Source: Mobula hypostoma (lineage: Eukaryota). Taken from it: 64,000 nucleotides of DNA. The position numbers were made by a program, and so were the translations under genes. This document shows, piece after piece, positions 52,897-64,000 of the stretch. How positions within the stretch are numbered: the stretch's first letter is position 1; every line of letters begins with the position of its first letter. The notes beneath the pieces are model-generated. The model was not told where the DNA came from. It saw nothing but the letters and a program-made list of their open reading frames with translations, and did not search any database. Location of the stretch: positions 77,006,001 to 77,070,000 of the forward strand of contig NC_086108.1 in the NCBI RefSeq assembly GCF_963921235.1. Reading direction: 5' to 3'.

Positions 52897-53108
52897 ACAC
52901 ACACAAAAAATGCTGGTGAACACAGCAGGCCAGGCAGCATCTATAGGAAGAGGTACAGTCGACATTTCGGGCCGTGACCCTTCATCAGGACCTGGCCCGA
53001 AACGTCGTCTGTACCTCTTCCTATAGATGCTGCCTGGCCTGCTGCGTTCACCAGCATGTTTTGTGTGTGTTGCTTGAATTTCCAGCATCTGCAGATTTCC
53101 TCGTGTTT
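52897..53108. repeat. Young palindromic Penelope pLTR-derived element with one near-intact hammerhead (52957-52992, minus)
   Basis: Arms of about 75 bp are almost perfect. The minus strand reads GTC-CTGATGA-AGGGTCACGGCCC-GAAATGTC-GACT. Confidence 0.9.
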
Positions 53109-54224
53109 GAATATAGTATTTGAGTTGTGTGTGAGATGGAGGATAGCATGATATACAGTACTTAAAAACTGAAAGAATTAGCCCCAGAATGTATAACCAA
53201 ATTAATAATGTGTATTTACATAGTAGATCTGTCAAAATTTAATCCATTTTGAAATCTGACCATAATCTGCGATTTCACCACAAACATCAACCATATTTTC
53301 ATTGTGGATAATTACTTTGAAGCTATTTTGGATAATTATTCTTCTAGACGATTTTAAATTACACTCTTAGATTGATGGAGAAGGCATCACAAAAATTCTT
53401 TTTTTCAGTTTCCTTATAAAATGAAGTAATTGAACATGTAAATTGACATAAGTATGTATTGTAGAATTGAGTCTTTGAACAGTATACAAATGCATTCAAG
53501 GAGCACTTGCAGACAGATCAAGAAACAAACCAATTCCTCTCAGCATTTTCAGGTTGTTGGTCCTTTGTGACCTCCTCATTGAAAAACCATGTGTAACATT
53601 CGTATTGACTTTTATTCAATATCTTAACGCATGACTGAAAACTGAACAACAAACAGTGTCCACCTCATGATGCCATAACAGCAAATGTTAATTTAAGACA
53701 ATCAAATTCCAATAATTCTAACTGGTTTTCAATTTAAAACAGAAACTACTAACAGGTCATTTAGCATGTGTAGAAAGAGGCACCATTTAAAATTACAAGC
53801 CCTAGACTCTGTCAGACTTCAGCCTTTTCAATTTACCCTGAAGCTACAACATAGAACAGCTCTGGAACAGGCCTTTCGGCCCATGATGTCTCAGCCAACT
53901 AGGATCCCAGTTTAAACTGCACAAACCGGGGTAACTTAACAAAAGGGTTGATGTGTGAGATGGCTAGTAAGTGTATTGAGCTAACTTATGCTGGTATTCC
54001 GTGGATCACCAGGAGCAGGGAAAATCTGTTCATTTAAGGGATGGGCAGATCCATTGAAGCAGTGAAATCTGAGGAATTCAGCTGATCAACAGAGGCTTGT
54101 ACCTCTGTTGAATTTCTAACCTTCTGGCATAAAGCACAGTTAAGTCCCACAGCAAGCTGGATGATGTGTTAGAAGCAGGCCTTGCCACCATATCCCTGAT
54201 GAATTAAGCATCATTTGGTGTTTC

Positions 54225-54530
54225 AAAGTTCAAAGTAAATTTATTATCAAAGTACATATGTGTCACCATATACAAACCTGAGATTCATTTTCTTCATTTT
54301 CTTTTGGGTACTGTAGATACAGAGAAACACAATAGAATCAATAAAAAACTGCACACAACAAAGACAAACAACCAATGTGAAAAGATGACAAACTGTGCAA
54401 ATACAAATAAAGGAATAAATAAATAAATAAACAAACAAACAAACAAACGAATGAATATTGAGAACACAAATCGTAGGGAGCTTAAGAGTGGGCCCATAGA
54501 TTGTGCGGTGAGTGAAGTTATCCCCCAGTC
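54225..54530 (-). mobile_element. Rex1-like LINE 3' UTR fragment with (TAAA)n(CAAA)n
   Basis: Reverse complement of the tail type seen at 32700-32932. Confidence 0.7.
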
Positions 54531-54864
54531 TGATTTCTGCTAATTCTTTCACTTTCAGACCCTGGGGGATCTGGAATTAAACAGAAACTTTTTTTCATTC
54601 AAACACTTTTAAGTATGGTTTGAAAGCTCCTCAGGGATGTGTTTTAATTTGCTAAGGAATTGACTAACCCGCTAACTAGAAAATTGCTGAGGATATTTAA
54701 TTTTCAGTATTTTGAATTCTGATTACTATCTGATACTTTGACAAAATAATTAAAAATGTTTTTTGGTGGATGAAACCATTTTCAGTTCTGTTATTAACAG
54801 CACATTAGTCCATAAAAAATGTGCATTTTCAACATCCTGTCAATAAGTTATTCTCAGATTGTGG

Positions 54865-55031
<167 letters not shown>

Positions 55032-55420
55032 CAAATTTCTCATTCAACTATTGATGGGTATAGCCAAATGAAACAGTTTTCCTCCAGGGCCAAGGTACAA
55101 AACACAGTACCAACAGCACACAGCATATAACACCTATAGTTATGTTAGCAGAAAAATATAGTCACAAGAAACATTACAGCTTAAGTCCCTGGGTGTCTTG
55201 GCTTGTAGATTGATGCTGCATGGGATGGTGTCCTGTTCCAGCTTGTCTTCCACTGAATGAGCCGTCTAGGGCAGCACAAATGGGAGGGGCAGTACCCAAG
55301 CCAGTACAGATTCCAGCGTGTCCACTTGAGGCCCTGGTCCGCTTAACAACCGAAGCAATGTAGCTCCCCCACTATCGGTCTTTCCAATGAACAAGTGAAC
55401 CTTGCTTGCAGTATTCTGAA

Positions 55421-55855
55421 TTGAAATGAATTGACTTTATTTCTTACATCCTTCATATACATGACGAGTAAAAATCTTTGTGTTACGTCTCTCTAAATGT
55501 GTAATTATAGTAATTTATAATAAACGGTATGTACAACAGGACAGTGAATATAACATAGAAATACAATTGTATCCGCATGAATTAAGCAGTCTGATTGCCT
55601 GGTGGAAGAAGCTGTCCTGGAACCTGTTGGTCCTGGCTTTTATGCTGCGGTACCATTTCCTGGATGGTAGCAGCTGGAACAGTTTGTGGTTGGGGTGACT
55701 TGGGTCTCTAATGATCCTTCGGGCCCTTTTAACACACCTGTCTTTGTAAATGTCCTGAATAGTGGGAAGTTCACACCTACAGATGCACTGGGCTGTCTGC
55801 ACCACTCTGCAGAGCCCTGCGATTCAGGGAAGTACGGTTCCCATACCAGGCAGTG
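55421..55855 (-). mobile_element. Rex1-like LINE 3' fragment
   Basis: TAWYGN...LPTIQDIYKDRCVKRARRIIRDPSHPNHKLFQLLPS...RFQDSFFHQAIRLLN; tail aataaagtcaattcatttcaa. Confidence 0.87.
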
Positions 55856-56867
55856 AATGAAGTCCCACCCAACCTCAGTGGAAAAGGCTTGCTTACATTT
55901 ACCCTATCTGTACCCCTCATAATTTTGTATACCTCTATCAAATTTCCTCTCAATCTTTTACGTTCTAAGGAATAAAGTCCTAACCTATTCAATCTTTCCT
56001 TATAACTCAGGTTCTCCAGACCCGGCAACATCCTTGTAAATTTTTTCCATACTCTTTCAATCTTTTTTACATCTTTACTGTAGGTAGGTCACCAAAACTG
56101 TATATAATACTCCATATTAGGCCATACCAATGTCTTATACAACTTCAACATAACATTCTATCTTCTGTACTTAGTACATTGATCTGTGAAGGCCAACATG
56201 CCAGAAGCTTTCTTTACGACTCTATCTGCATATGACGCCACTTGCAATGAATTATGGACCTATATTCCCAGATCTCTTTGTTCTACTACACTCCTCATTA
56301 CCCTACTGTTCACTGTGTAAGACCTACCCTGGTTGGTCTTACTGAAGTGTAACACCTCGCACTTGACTGCATTAAATTCTTCCTGCCATTTTTCAGCCCA
56401 TTTTTCCAACTGGTCCTGATCCCGCTGCAAGCTCTGATAGTCTCTGTTCACTACACCCCCAGTCTTGGGGTCATCCACACATTTGCTGATTCAGTTAACT
56501 ATATTATCATCCAGTTTGTTGATATAGGTGACAAACAACACCAACCCTGCAGCACATCACTAGTCACAGGCCTCCAGTCAGAGAGGCAACCATCTACTAC
56601 GTCTCTCTGGCTTCTCCACAAAGCCAATGTCTATTCCAACTTGCTACCTCATCTTGAATCCCGAGCAACTGAACTTTTTTGACCAACCTCCCATGTGGAT
56701 CCTTGTCAAATGCCTTGCTAAGGTCCATGTAGACAACATTAACTGCCTTGCCTTCATTCACTTTCCTGATAACTTCCTTGAAAAACTCTTATTAGATTAG
56801 TTAGATATTTGTCCTGTCATGCTGACAATCCTTAAGCAATCCATGTCTATCCAAATACTTATATATC

Positions 56868-58190
56868 TACTATAAGCCTACTGACTCTCACAGCTATCTG
56901 GACTATTCCTCTTCTCACCCTGTCTCTTGCAAAAATGCCATCCCCTTCTCGCAATTCCTCTGTCTCCGCCGCATCTGCTCTCAGGATGAGGCTTTTCATT
57001 CTAGGACGAGGGAGATGTCTTCATTTTTTAAAGAAAGGGGCTTCCCTTCCTCCACTATCAACTCTGCTCTTAAACGCATCTCCTCCATTTCACGTACATC
57101 TGCTCTCACTCCATCCTCCCACCACCCCACTAGGAATAGGGTTCCCCTGGTCCTCACCTACCACCCCACCAGCCTCCGGGTCCAACATATTATTCTCCGT
57201 AACTTCCGCCACCTCCAACGGGATCCCACCACTAAGCACATCTTTCCCTCCCCCCCTCTCTCTGCATTCCGCAGGGATCGCTCCCTACACAACTCCCTTG
57301 TCCATTCGTCCCCCCCATCCCTCCCCACTGATCTCCCTCCTGGCACTTATCCGTGTAAGCGGAACAAGTGCTACACATGCCCTTACACTTCCTCCCTTAC
57401 CACCATTCAGGGCCCCAAACAGTCCTTCCAGGTGAGGCATCACTTCACCTGTGAGTCGACTGGGGTGATATACTGCGTCCGGTGCTCCCGATGTGGCCTT
57501 TTATATATTGGTGAGACCCGACGCAGACTGGGAGACCGCTTTGCTGAACATCTACGCTCTGTCCGCCAGAGAAAGCAGGATCTCCCAGTGGCCACACATT
57601 TTAATTCCACATCCCATTCCCATTCCCATTCTGACATGTCTATCCATGGCCTCCTCTACTGTAAAGATGAAGCCACACTCAGGTTGGAGGAACAACACCT
57701 TATATTCCGTCTGGGTAGCCTCCAACCTGATGGCATGAACATTGACTTCTCTAACTTCCGCTAGGCCCCACCTCCCCCTCGTACCCCAGCTGTTACTCAT
57801 TTTTATGCACACATTCTTTCTCTCACTCTCCTTTTTCTCCCTCTGTCCCTCTGAATATACCTCTTGCCCATCCTCTGGGTCACCCCCCCCCCGTCTTTCT
57901 TCCCGGACCTCCTGTCCCATGATCCTCTCGTATCCCCTTTTGCCTATCACCTGTCCAGCTCTCAGCTTTATCCCTCCCCCTCCTGTCTTCTCCTATCATT
58001 TTGCATCTCCCCCTCCCCCTCCAGCTTTCAAATCCCTTACTCACTCTTCCTTCAGTTAGTCCTGACGAAGGGTCTCGGCCTGAAACGTCGACTGCGCCTC
58101 TTCCTATAGATGCTGCTTGGCCTGCTGCGTTCACCAGCAACTTTGATGTATGTTGCTTGAATTTCCAGCATCTGCAGAATTCCTGTTGTT
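56868..58190 (+). mobile_element. Penelope-like element copy C (5'-truncated, open thumb-linker-GIY-YIG frame)
   Basis: ORF 57015-57764 is uninterrupted. 12-bp TSD TACTTATATATC at 56856-56867 and 58191-58202. Highly similar to copy B. Confidence 0.96.
58058..58093 (+). ncRNA. Minimal hammerhead ribozyme motif in pLTR (predicted cleavage after 58089)
   Basis: 36-mer identical to 37376-37411. Confidence 0.85.
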
Positions 58191-58489
58191 TACTTATATA
58201 TCCAATCCTTTTAAAATACCTTCCAATAACTTTTCCACAGTTGATTTCAGCCTCACTGGCGTATAATTTCCTGACTTATGTTTAGAGCTTTTCTTAAACA
58301 GCAGAACAACATTGGCTATCCTCCAATCCTCTGGTACCTCTCCTTAAGTTATTTCATCCATCTTTTGCAGCCAAGATGCCAAGCACTGGATTTCCCTCCC
58401 TAAACATCTTCAGCTTTTCACGTATCTTTCTAATTTTATGATACTTCTTAAATCTTGATTCTTTGATCAACTTTTGGCCATCTGCCTTG

Positions 58490-59076
58490 AAACATTGAAC
58501 ATTGCAGCACAGGTACATGCCCCTTCATCCGTGGTGTCTACGTTGAACATGATGCTAAATTAAGCTAATCTCTTCTGCTTGCAAACAATCCATATCCCAC
58601 CATGTCCTGCATTTTTATGAGCTTATCTGAAAGGCTCTTAAACACAGCTATCATATTTGCAAACACAAGGAAATCTGCAACTTTTATGTGTGTTGCTATC
58701 TTATTTGCAGATCACCAATTCCCCTGGGAGCACATTCCAGGCACCTACCTCCCTTGGTGTTAAGAAAATAAAATTTTAAAATACTTGCCCCTGATATCTT
58801 CTGTAAACTTTCCCCCTCTCACCTTAAAGTTATGCCTTCTATTTGACATTTCTAACCTGGGAAAATGACTCTTGACTGTCCTAATTATTTATCCCTCTCA
58901 TAATTTTATAAACTTCTGTCAGGTGTCCCCTCAGTCCTCAAACTCCAGAGAAAACAATCCATGTTTGTCCAATCACTGGTTATAACTAAAACCCGCTAGT
59001 CCAGGCAGCATCCTGGTAAACCTCTTCTGCACCCTGTTTACACTTCACATCCTTCCTGTAATGGGGTGACCAGACC
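58490..59076 (-). mobile_element. Old CR1 3' fragment
   Basis: aacattgaacattgcagcacagg tail; ccaggcagcatcctggtaaacctcttctgcaccc (VQKRFTRMLPG). Confidence 0.78.
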
Positions 59077-59788
59077 TAATGACTCCTTATTTGGATAACT
59101 TCAGTTTTTGCTAGCAGGAACTTCTGTGGAGCTTTATATGATGTTAAAGGTGCTAGAGAAGCTATTAATATTGTAGCATTATGCTCTCTAGAAATTAAGA
59201 GCACTAAGCCATATTTGGGATTTATCCAGAGTGGGATTTTATTTTGAAAATTTGTGTGTATTTCTTAAATTCGGTATTCGGTAGGTTAAGAAACAGTTTA
59301 TTTCTGCACCTGGTATGGTAATGAACTTGTATCTGTTAAATAAATGAACCACACTGGTGTATAGCAGGTAAATGGTAAATGTGACTTGTTTTTGTATACT
59401 GTTAGTTCATGCTACAGAGTCAATGTAATTAAGTAGAGACAGTGAAAAAGTTGAAAAGCTTATTTAAGTGAAGTTAGATCAGCAGTTTATTGTTTATTGC
59501 TGTACTGTTACTTCTTTCCATGTATTACATGTTTATTTTGCATACAGATTTTTACAGTCTGTGTAATTGTTCCTTTGACATTTCAGCAGGGCACTCTTTT
59601 AAAAAAAGCTTGCTCCAAGTTCAAAAGAAGAATGCTATAGCATAATATTCATAATCATCTTTGATGGTGGTTACTGTCTAATCAGGAATTTACAGTTTAC
59701 AGTGATCTAGACAGTTTCTCAGCTGGACTAGGTGCAGATACTGATGTTGGATTTTTATATTAGAAGGCATTCCATTATTCAGTTTACC

Positions 59789-60227
59789 TTATACTTATAG
59801 TTTATTGTCGCCAAACAATTGATACTAGAACGTACGATCATCACAGCGATATTTGATTCTGGCGCTTCCCACTCCCTGGATTACAAATATTAAATATTAA
59901 AAATATTTAAAATAGTAAAAATTAGTAAATATTAAACATTTAAATTATAAATCATAAATAGAAAATAGAAAAATGGAAAGTAAGGTAGTGCAAAAAAGAC
60001 CGAGAGGCAGGTCCGGATATTTGGAGGGTACGGCCCAGATCCGGGTCAGGATCCGTTCAGCAGTCTTATCACAGTTGGGAAGAAGCTATTCCCAAATCTG
60101 GCTGTACGAGTCTTCAAGCTCCTGAGCCTTCTCCTGGAGGGAAGAGGGACGAAAAGTGTGTTGGCTGGGTGGGTCATGTCCTTGATTATCCTGGCAGCAC
60201 TGCTCCGACAGCGTGCGATGTAAAGTG
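59789..60227 (-). mobile_element. Young Rex1-like LINE 3' fragment
   Basis: Minus strand LYIARCRSSAARIIKDMTHPANTLFVPLPSRRRLRSLKTRTARFGNSFFPTVIRLLNGS*; tail aataaactataagtataa. Confidence 0.85.
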
Positions 60228-62643
60228 ATTTGCAAAGTGGAATTCTTTCCTGTAGTTCAAAATGTTAAAGGAAAACTGTCAGTTTCAAATATATTCCATT
60301 ACTGACCTTTTGATAAAATACTTATGACTAAATAAATTCAGACTATACATCTATCTAGCCTGTTAGTAAAACTTGATTCATGTCTTGTAGAAAGTATGTC
60401 CAAAAAGAAAGCATGTTTGCTTTACAGAAGTTGTACTTTGTGAACTTGTGATTTATTGGAAAATGAATAGCCATGTTTTCCCCAGTGAGCCCTTCTGTAC
60501 TGCGTATTGGAAGCCCAGTGAGTGGCTAATCTGCTTCCCTGCAATAACTCGTTTAACATTGCTGTGTACAGCGCAACACGACAGTAATAGTTTAAATTAC
60601 AAATGGCAGAAATGAAGCCACACAGCTTGAAGCTATAGTCTTCTGGCTGTACTCTTTCTGTTTACTCTGAAGTAGACACCTAGAGTTTCATTAGCATTTG
60701 AGATGAATTGGTATATTTACCTCTTCAAAATATTTTTGAAGATGCGTAGACATTTTTCTCAGGATGCTTTGACCAACAGTATATTTTTCTCCTTGATTTA
60801 TCTCGTCATACTATGCTTTGCGGATTTCTAGGTATCTATTTATAGGCTCTTATCAATACAAATCTTAATCTAAGTGTTCTGAGATATGCAATAGAACACT
60901 TACGCTTTTCGGGGAAAGTGGGTTAACTCACTACACAAGCACGCAAGGATTTAAAGCTATCTTACTTATTCCCAATTTCTGTTTCTTTGCCTGCTACTTG
61001 TGTAGTTGATGTCCGATTGACCAAAATGTATCATGGCCTTCCTGCAAGATGATATTGGAGGCCTGTCACCTCAGATGTTCAATTGAAGAGAATAGTTTAG
61101 GAAGTCTGGGCAGGAGATGCTAGGAAGCAATGCTTCGTTGACCTTGTGGTTTTAATGTCAACCTTCCGTGGCAAATGTTTGCACAGTTCATACAAATTTA
61201 TATTGACACACAAAGAAAACTGCCTATCTGTTAATCAGAACAGTGTAACTAAGACTGCTCTTACTATCAAGGCTGTTGAGAGCAAACAGGATTAACAAGC
61301 TCGGTTGTCAAGTGAACTCAACCCTTTCAGGTTACTTTACTGATTACTCTGTTAATATTGAGCTTTGGCATTGCAGTTAGTGGCTATTGTTCTTGCATTA
61401 TCTCCTTTTGGCACTTCAGCTTCTGATAGTAGTTAGAGGTAACCACTCATTCTAATGTCTGTTCACACCTTTTTGCTGTCACTTTCTTTGATAGATGAGC
61501 TAATGGTAGTAGATCATTTACTTGCTTGTTCAGACTCACTTGTCATTGTTATGAGAAGGAGCAAGGGCTGTGTGGGTCATTGAATTCCTCTTCAGTACAA
61601 TAATTACTTGGTGTATAATATTTTTGAGTTCTGTATATTAACCCCTAGGAATCTGTCACAGGACTGCATGAGTTTGCACAATAGCTGCAAATTATGGCTT
61701 CGTCCCAGTTTGTATTTGCGTTTGAAGATGCACTATAAGCCTTCCCTGGCTCTGAATTGCTGGGGTAAGCTCTAACACAGATAAGGTGAACTCAAGATAT
61801 AGGAAGTGGTAAGGAAAGAAGAGAGTAGAACACAAACCAGCAAATCAAGCCTGCTTAATTATTTGAACAGGGTCTATTGAAGGAAGAGAAATATCTCAAA
61901 TTTTACATTTAGATTTTTAAATTTTAAAAATCAAAACAAAAGATGAGAAATCCCTGCAGTTCTAGTGATGTGATCCTGACTTAAGGGAAGAAGACCTGCA
62001 GTCTCTCTGTTGAGTAGTACAAGAGGCAGGGGGAGTGGGGGTGGAGAGAGAGAGTAAAATCTTGAAAGGGTAATGGAATGGGCAGATACGAGCCAAATCC
62101 AGTTATATATAGATAAAATGAAGAAAAAACATTTGGCATAAGAAGTGGCAAAAGAAATTGTAAAGTACTGGATTCCAGTATTTAAAGATGATTCAGAAAC
62201 ACCGAGGAAATAGAAGCTGGAGTAGGCCATATGATTTCTCAAATCTACTCCACCATTCAATAAGGTAATGTCCATTTTCTTGCCGAATCCACATATCTGC
62301 TGAACTTCCTGGGGATGTTCAACTATTTTATCAATCTCAGCTTTCAATATACTCAATTATCGATCTCTAAGGTGAGACAACAGCTTTTCACCAACCATTT
62401 TACCAATCCCTGTCATCTACCCTTCTGTGAGATTATCAGTCATTCATTTATACTCCAATGCAAATGAGCTTGTCTTTAATCATTAAACAATACTTTCATC
62501 ATGGGAATGAAATTAACATGTATATAATTTCTTAGATAAAAAGAAATGCACTGTTTGTTTTTACTAAACCTCAAATCTTGAGGAAGTTTAATCTTAAATG
62601 TGGCCTTAAGTATATAAAGGCCAAGCATTCAAAGGGCACACCC

Positions 62644-62742
62644 CAATTAACAGCACTGATGATGACTCCTTGTATGGTGATGAAACGTTTGCAATTAACA
62701 GCACTGATGATGACTCCTTGTATGGTGATGAAACGTTTGCAA
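62644..62742 (+). repeat. Exact 48-bp tandem duplication, each unit a hammerhead-like motif
   Basis: caattaacaGCA-CTGATGA-tgactccttgtatggtgat-GAAAC-GTT-TG at 62644 and 62692. Confidence 0.9.
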
Positions 62743-63112
62743 GTAAATTGCCAAGATCTGAGAACCACTCAATCCAACCAGTTGTATATCTCTTTGCATC
62801 TTCTGTAGGTGATTTTCCAACCTGGCTTTATAAGATCAATGCACATAAGTCGCAATTTCCCATGTTATCTATCATGAATGGAAGTTCTAAATAGCAAATA
62901 TCCTTGAAATAATACTTGTAGCCGCCTTTGAGTAGCAGTCATCCTGCCTAAAATGACGCATTTATTCTGTCCTTTCAGATAGTCTTTCATGCTGGTTAAT
63001 ATCTAAACTCCATACTTTCCCAACCATGTAAGCTCCTTTAGTTTATATAAAGCACTTGTTTGGCACCCTGCACAGATTCATTTTGATGTACTAAACAGTG
63101 CCTTGAAAAAGT

Positions 63113-64000
63113 AACACACATCAAAGTTGCTGGTGGACGCAGCAGGCCAGGCAGCATCTCTAGGAAGAGGTACAGTCGACGTTTCAGGCCGAGACCCTTC
63201 GTCAGGACTAACTGAAGGAAAAGTTAGTAAGAGATTTGAAAGTGGGAGGGGGAGGGGGAAGGGGAGATCCAAAATGATAGGAGAAGACAGGAGGGGGAGG
63301 GATGGAGCCAAGAGCTGGACAGGTGATTGACAAAGGGGATATGAGAGGATCATGGGACAGGAGGTCCAGGGAGAAAGACAAAGGGGGGGAACCCAGAGGA
63401 TGGGCAAGGGGTATAGTCAGAGGGACAGAAGGAGAAAAAGGAGAGTGAGAGAAAGAATGTGTGTATATAAATAAATAACGGATAGGGTATGAGGGGGAGG
63501 TGGGGCGTTAGCGGAAGTTAGAGAAGTCAGTGTTCATGCCATCAGGTTGGAAGCTACCCAGACGGAATATAAGGTGTTGTTCCTCCAACCTGAGTGTGGC
63601 TTCATCTTTACAGTAGAGGAGGCCGTGGATAGACATACCAGAATGGGAATGGGATGTGGAATTAAAATGTGTGGCCACTGGGAGATCCTGCTTTCTCTGG
63701 TGGACAGAGCATAGGTGTTCAGCAAAGCGGTCTTCCAGTCTGCGTCGGGTCTCGCCAATATATAGAAGGCCACATCGGGAGCACCAGACGCAGTATATCA
63801 CCCCAGCCGACTCAGGTGAAGTGTCGCCTCACCTGGAAGGACTGTCTGGGGACCTGAATGGTGGCAAGGGAGAAAGTGTAAGGGCATGCGTAGCACTTGT
63901 TCCGCTTACAAGGATAAGTGCCAGGAGGGAGATCAGTGGGGAGGGATGGGGGGGACGAATGGACAAGGGAGTTGCATAGGGAGCGATCCTTGCGGAAAGC
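63113..64000 (-). mobile_element. Penelope-like element copy D (GIY-YIG and pLTR), runs off the window end
   Basis: ORF 63508-63801 IYCVWCSRCGLLYIGET...DFSNFR; reverse complement of the 3' part of copy C. Confidence 0.94.
63174..63209 (-). ncRNA. Minimal hammerhead ribozyme motif in pLTR
   Basis: Exact reverse complement of the same 36-mer. Confidence 0.85.

Larger units (their letters stand above)
55858..58345 (-). mobile_element. CR1 RT fragment split by Penelope copy C (55858-56867 and 58191-58345)
   Basis: MLPGLENLSYKERLNRLGLYSLE and QLEKWAEKWQEEFN; continues as VPEDWRIANVLLLFKK beyond the insert. Confidence 0.88.

Noticed and set aside
60750..61700. Possibly decayed coding sequence or the last RNF220 exon
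   Set aside because: No GAKKLCPQC-coding exon or recognisable protein motif found by eye.
61931..62356. 141-aa minus-strand ORF
   Set aside because: Overlaps an old CR1 tail and purine-rich sequence; no domain or splice support.
62677..62761. C/D box snoRNA (GTGATGA ... CTGA)
   Set aside because: No terminal stem; the motifs are better explained by the duplicated hammerhead core.

Overview
Eukaryotic (vertebrate) genomic DNA. The repeat complement (HE1/V-SINEs, a SacSINE1/Deu-type SINE, CR1, Rex1-like and Penelope elements) points to a cartilaginous fish, probably a ray. The window lies inside the 3' part of RNF220 (+ strand). It contains two short coding exons (25291-25399, 50442-50516) that encode most of the C-terminal RING finger. 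The preceding exons and the last exon were not found and probably lie outside the window. The rest is intron packed with nested transposons: CR1 and Rex1-like LINEs, four Penelope-like (GIY-YIG) retroelements, one degenerate Gypsy provirus with both LTRs, Tigger/pogo and mariner derivatives, and one clean non-autonomous Helitron. Nearly all ORFs in the supplied track are transposon remnants or shadow frames. The most notable structures are: (i) a network of minimal hammerhead-ribozyme motifs in Penelope pLTRs, in short palindromic pLTR-only elements, and in an exact 48-bp tandem duplication of a second hammerhead type; (ii) a Helitron with STPR-like 23-aa repeats inserted into a MITE; (iii) a 598-bp mariner fold-back with five TIR copies; (iv) a three-level, four-element nest next to an exon. 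All family assignments come from motif recognition by eye, and repeat boundaries without a TSD are approximate.
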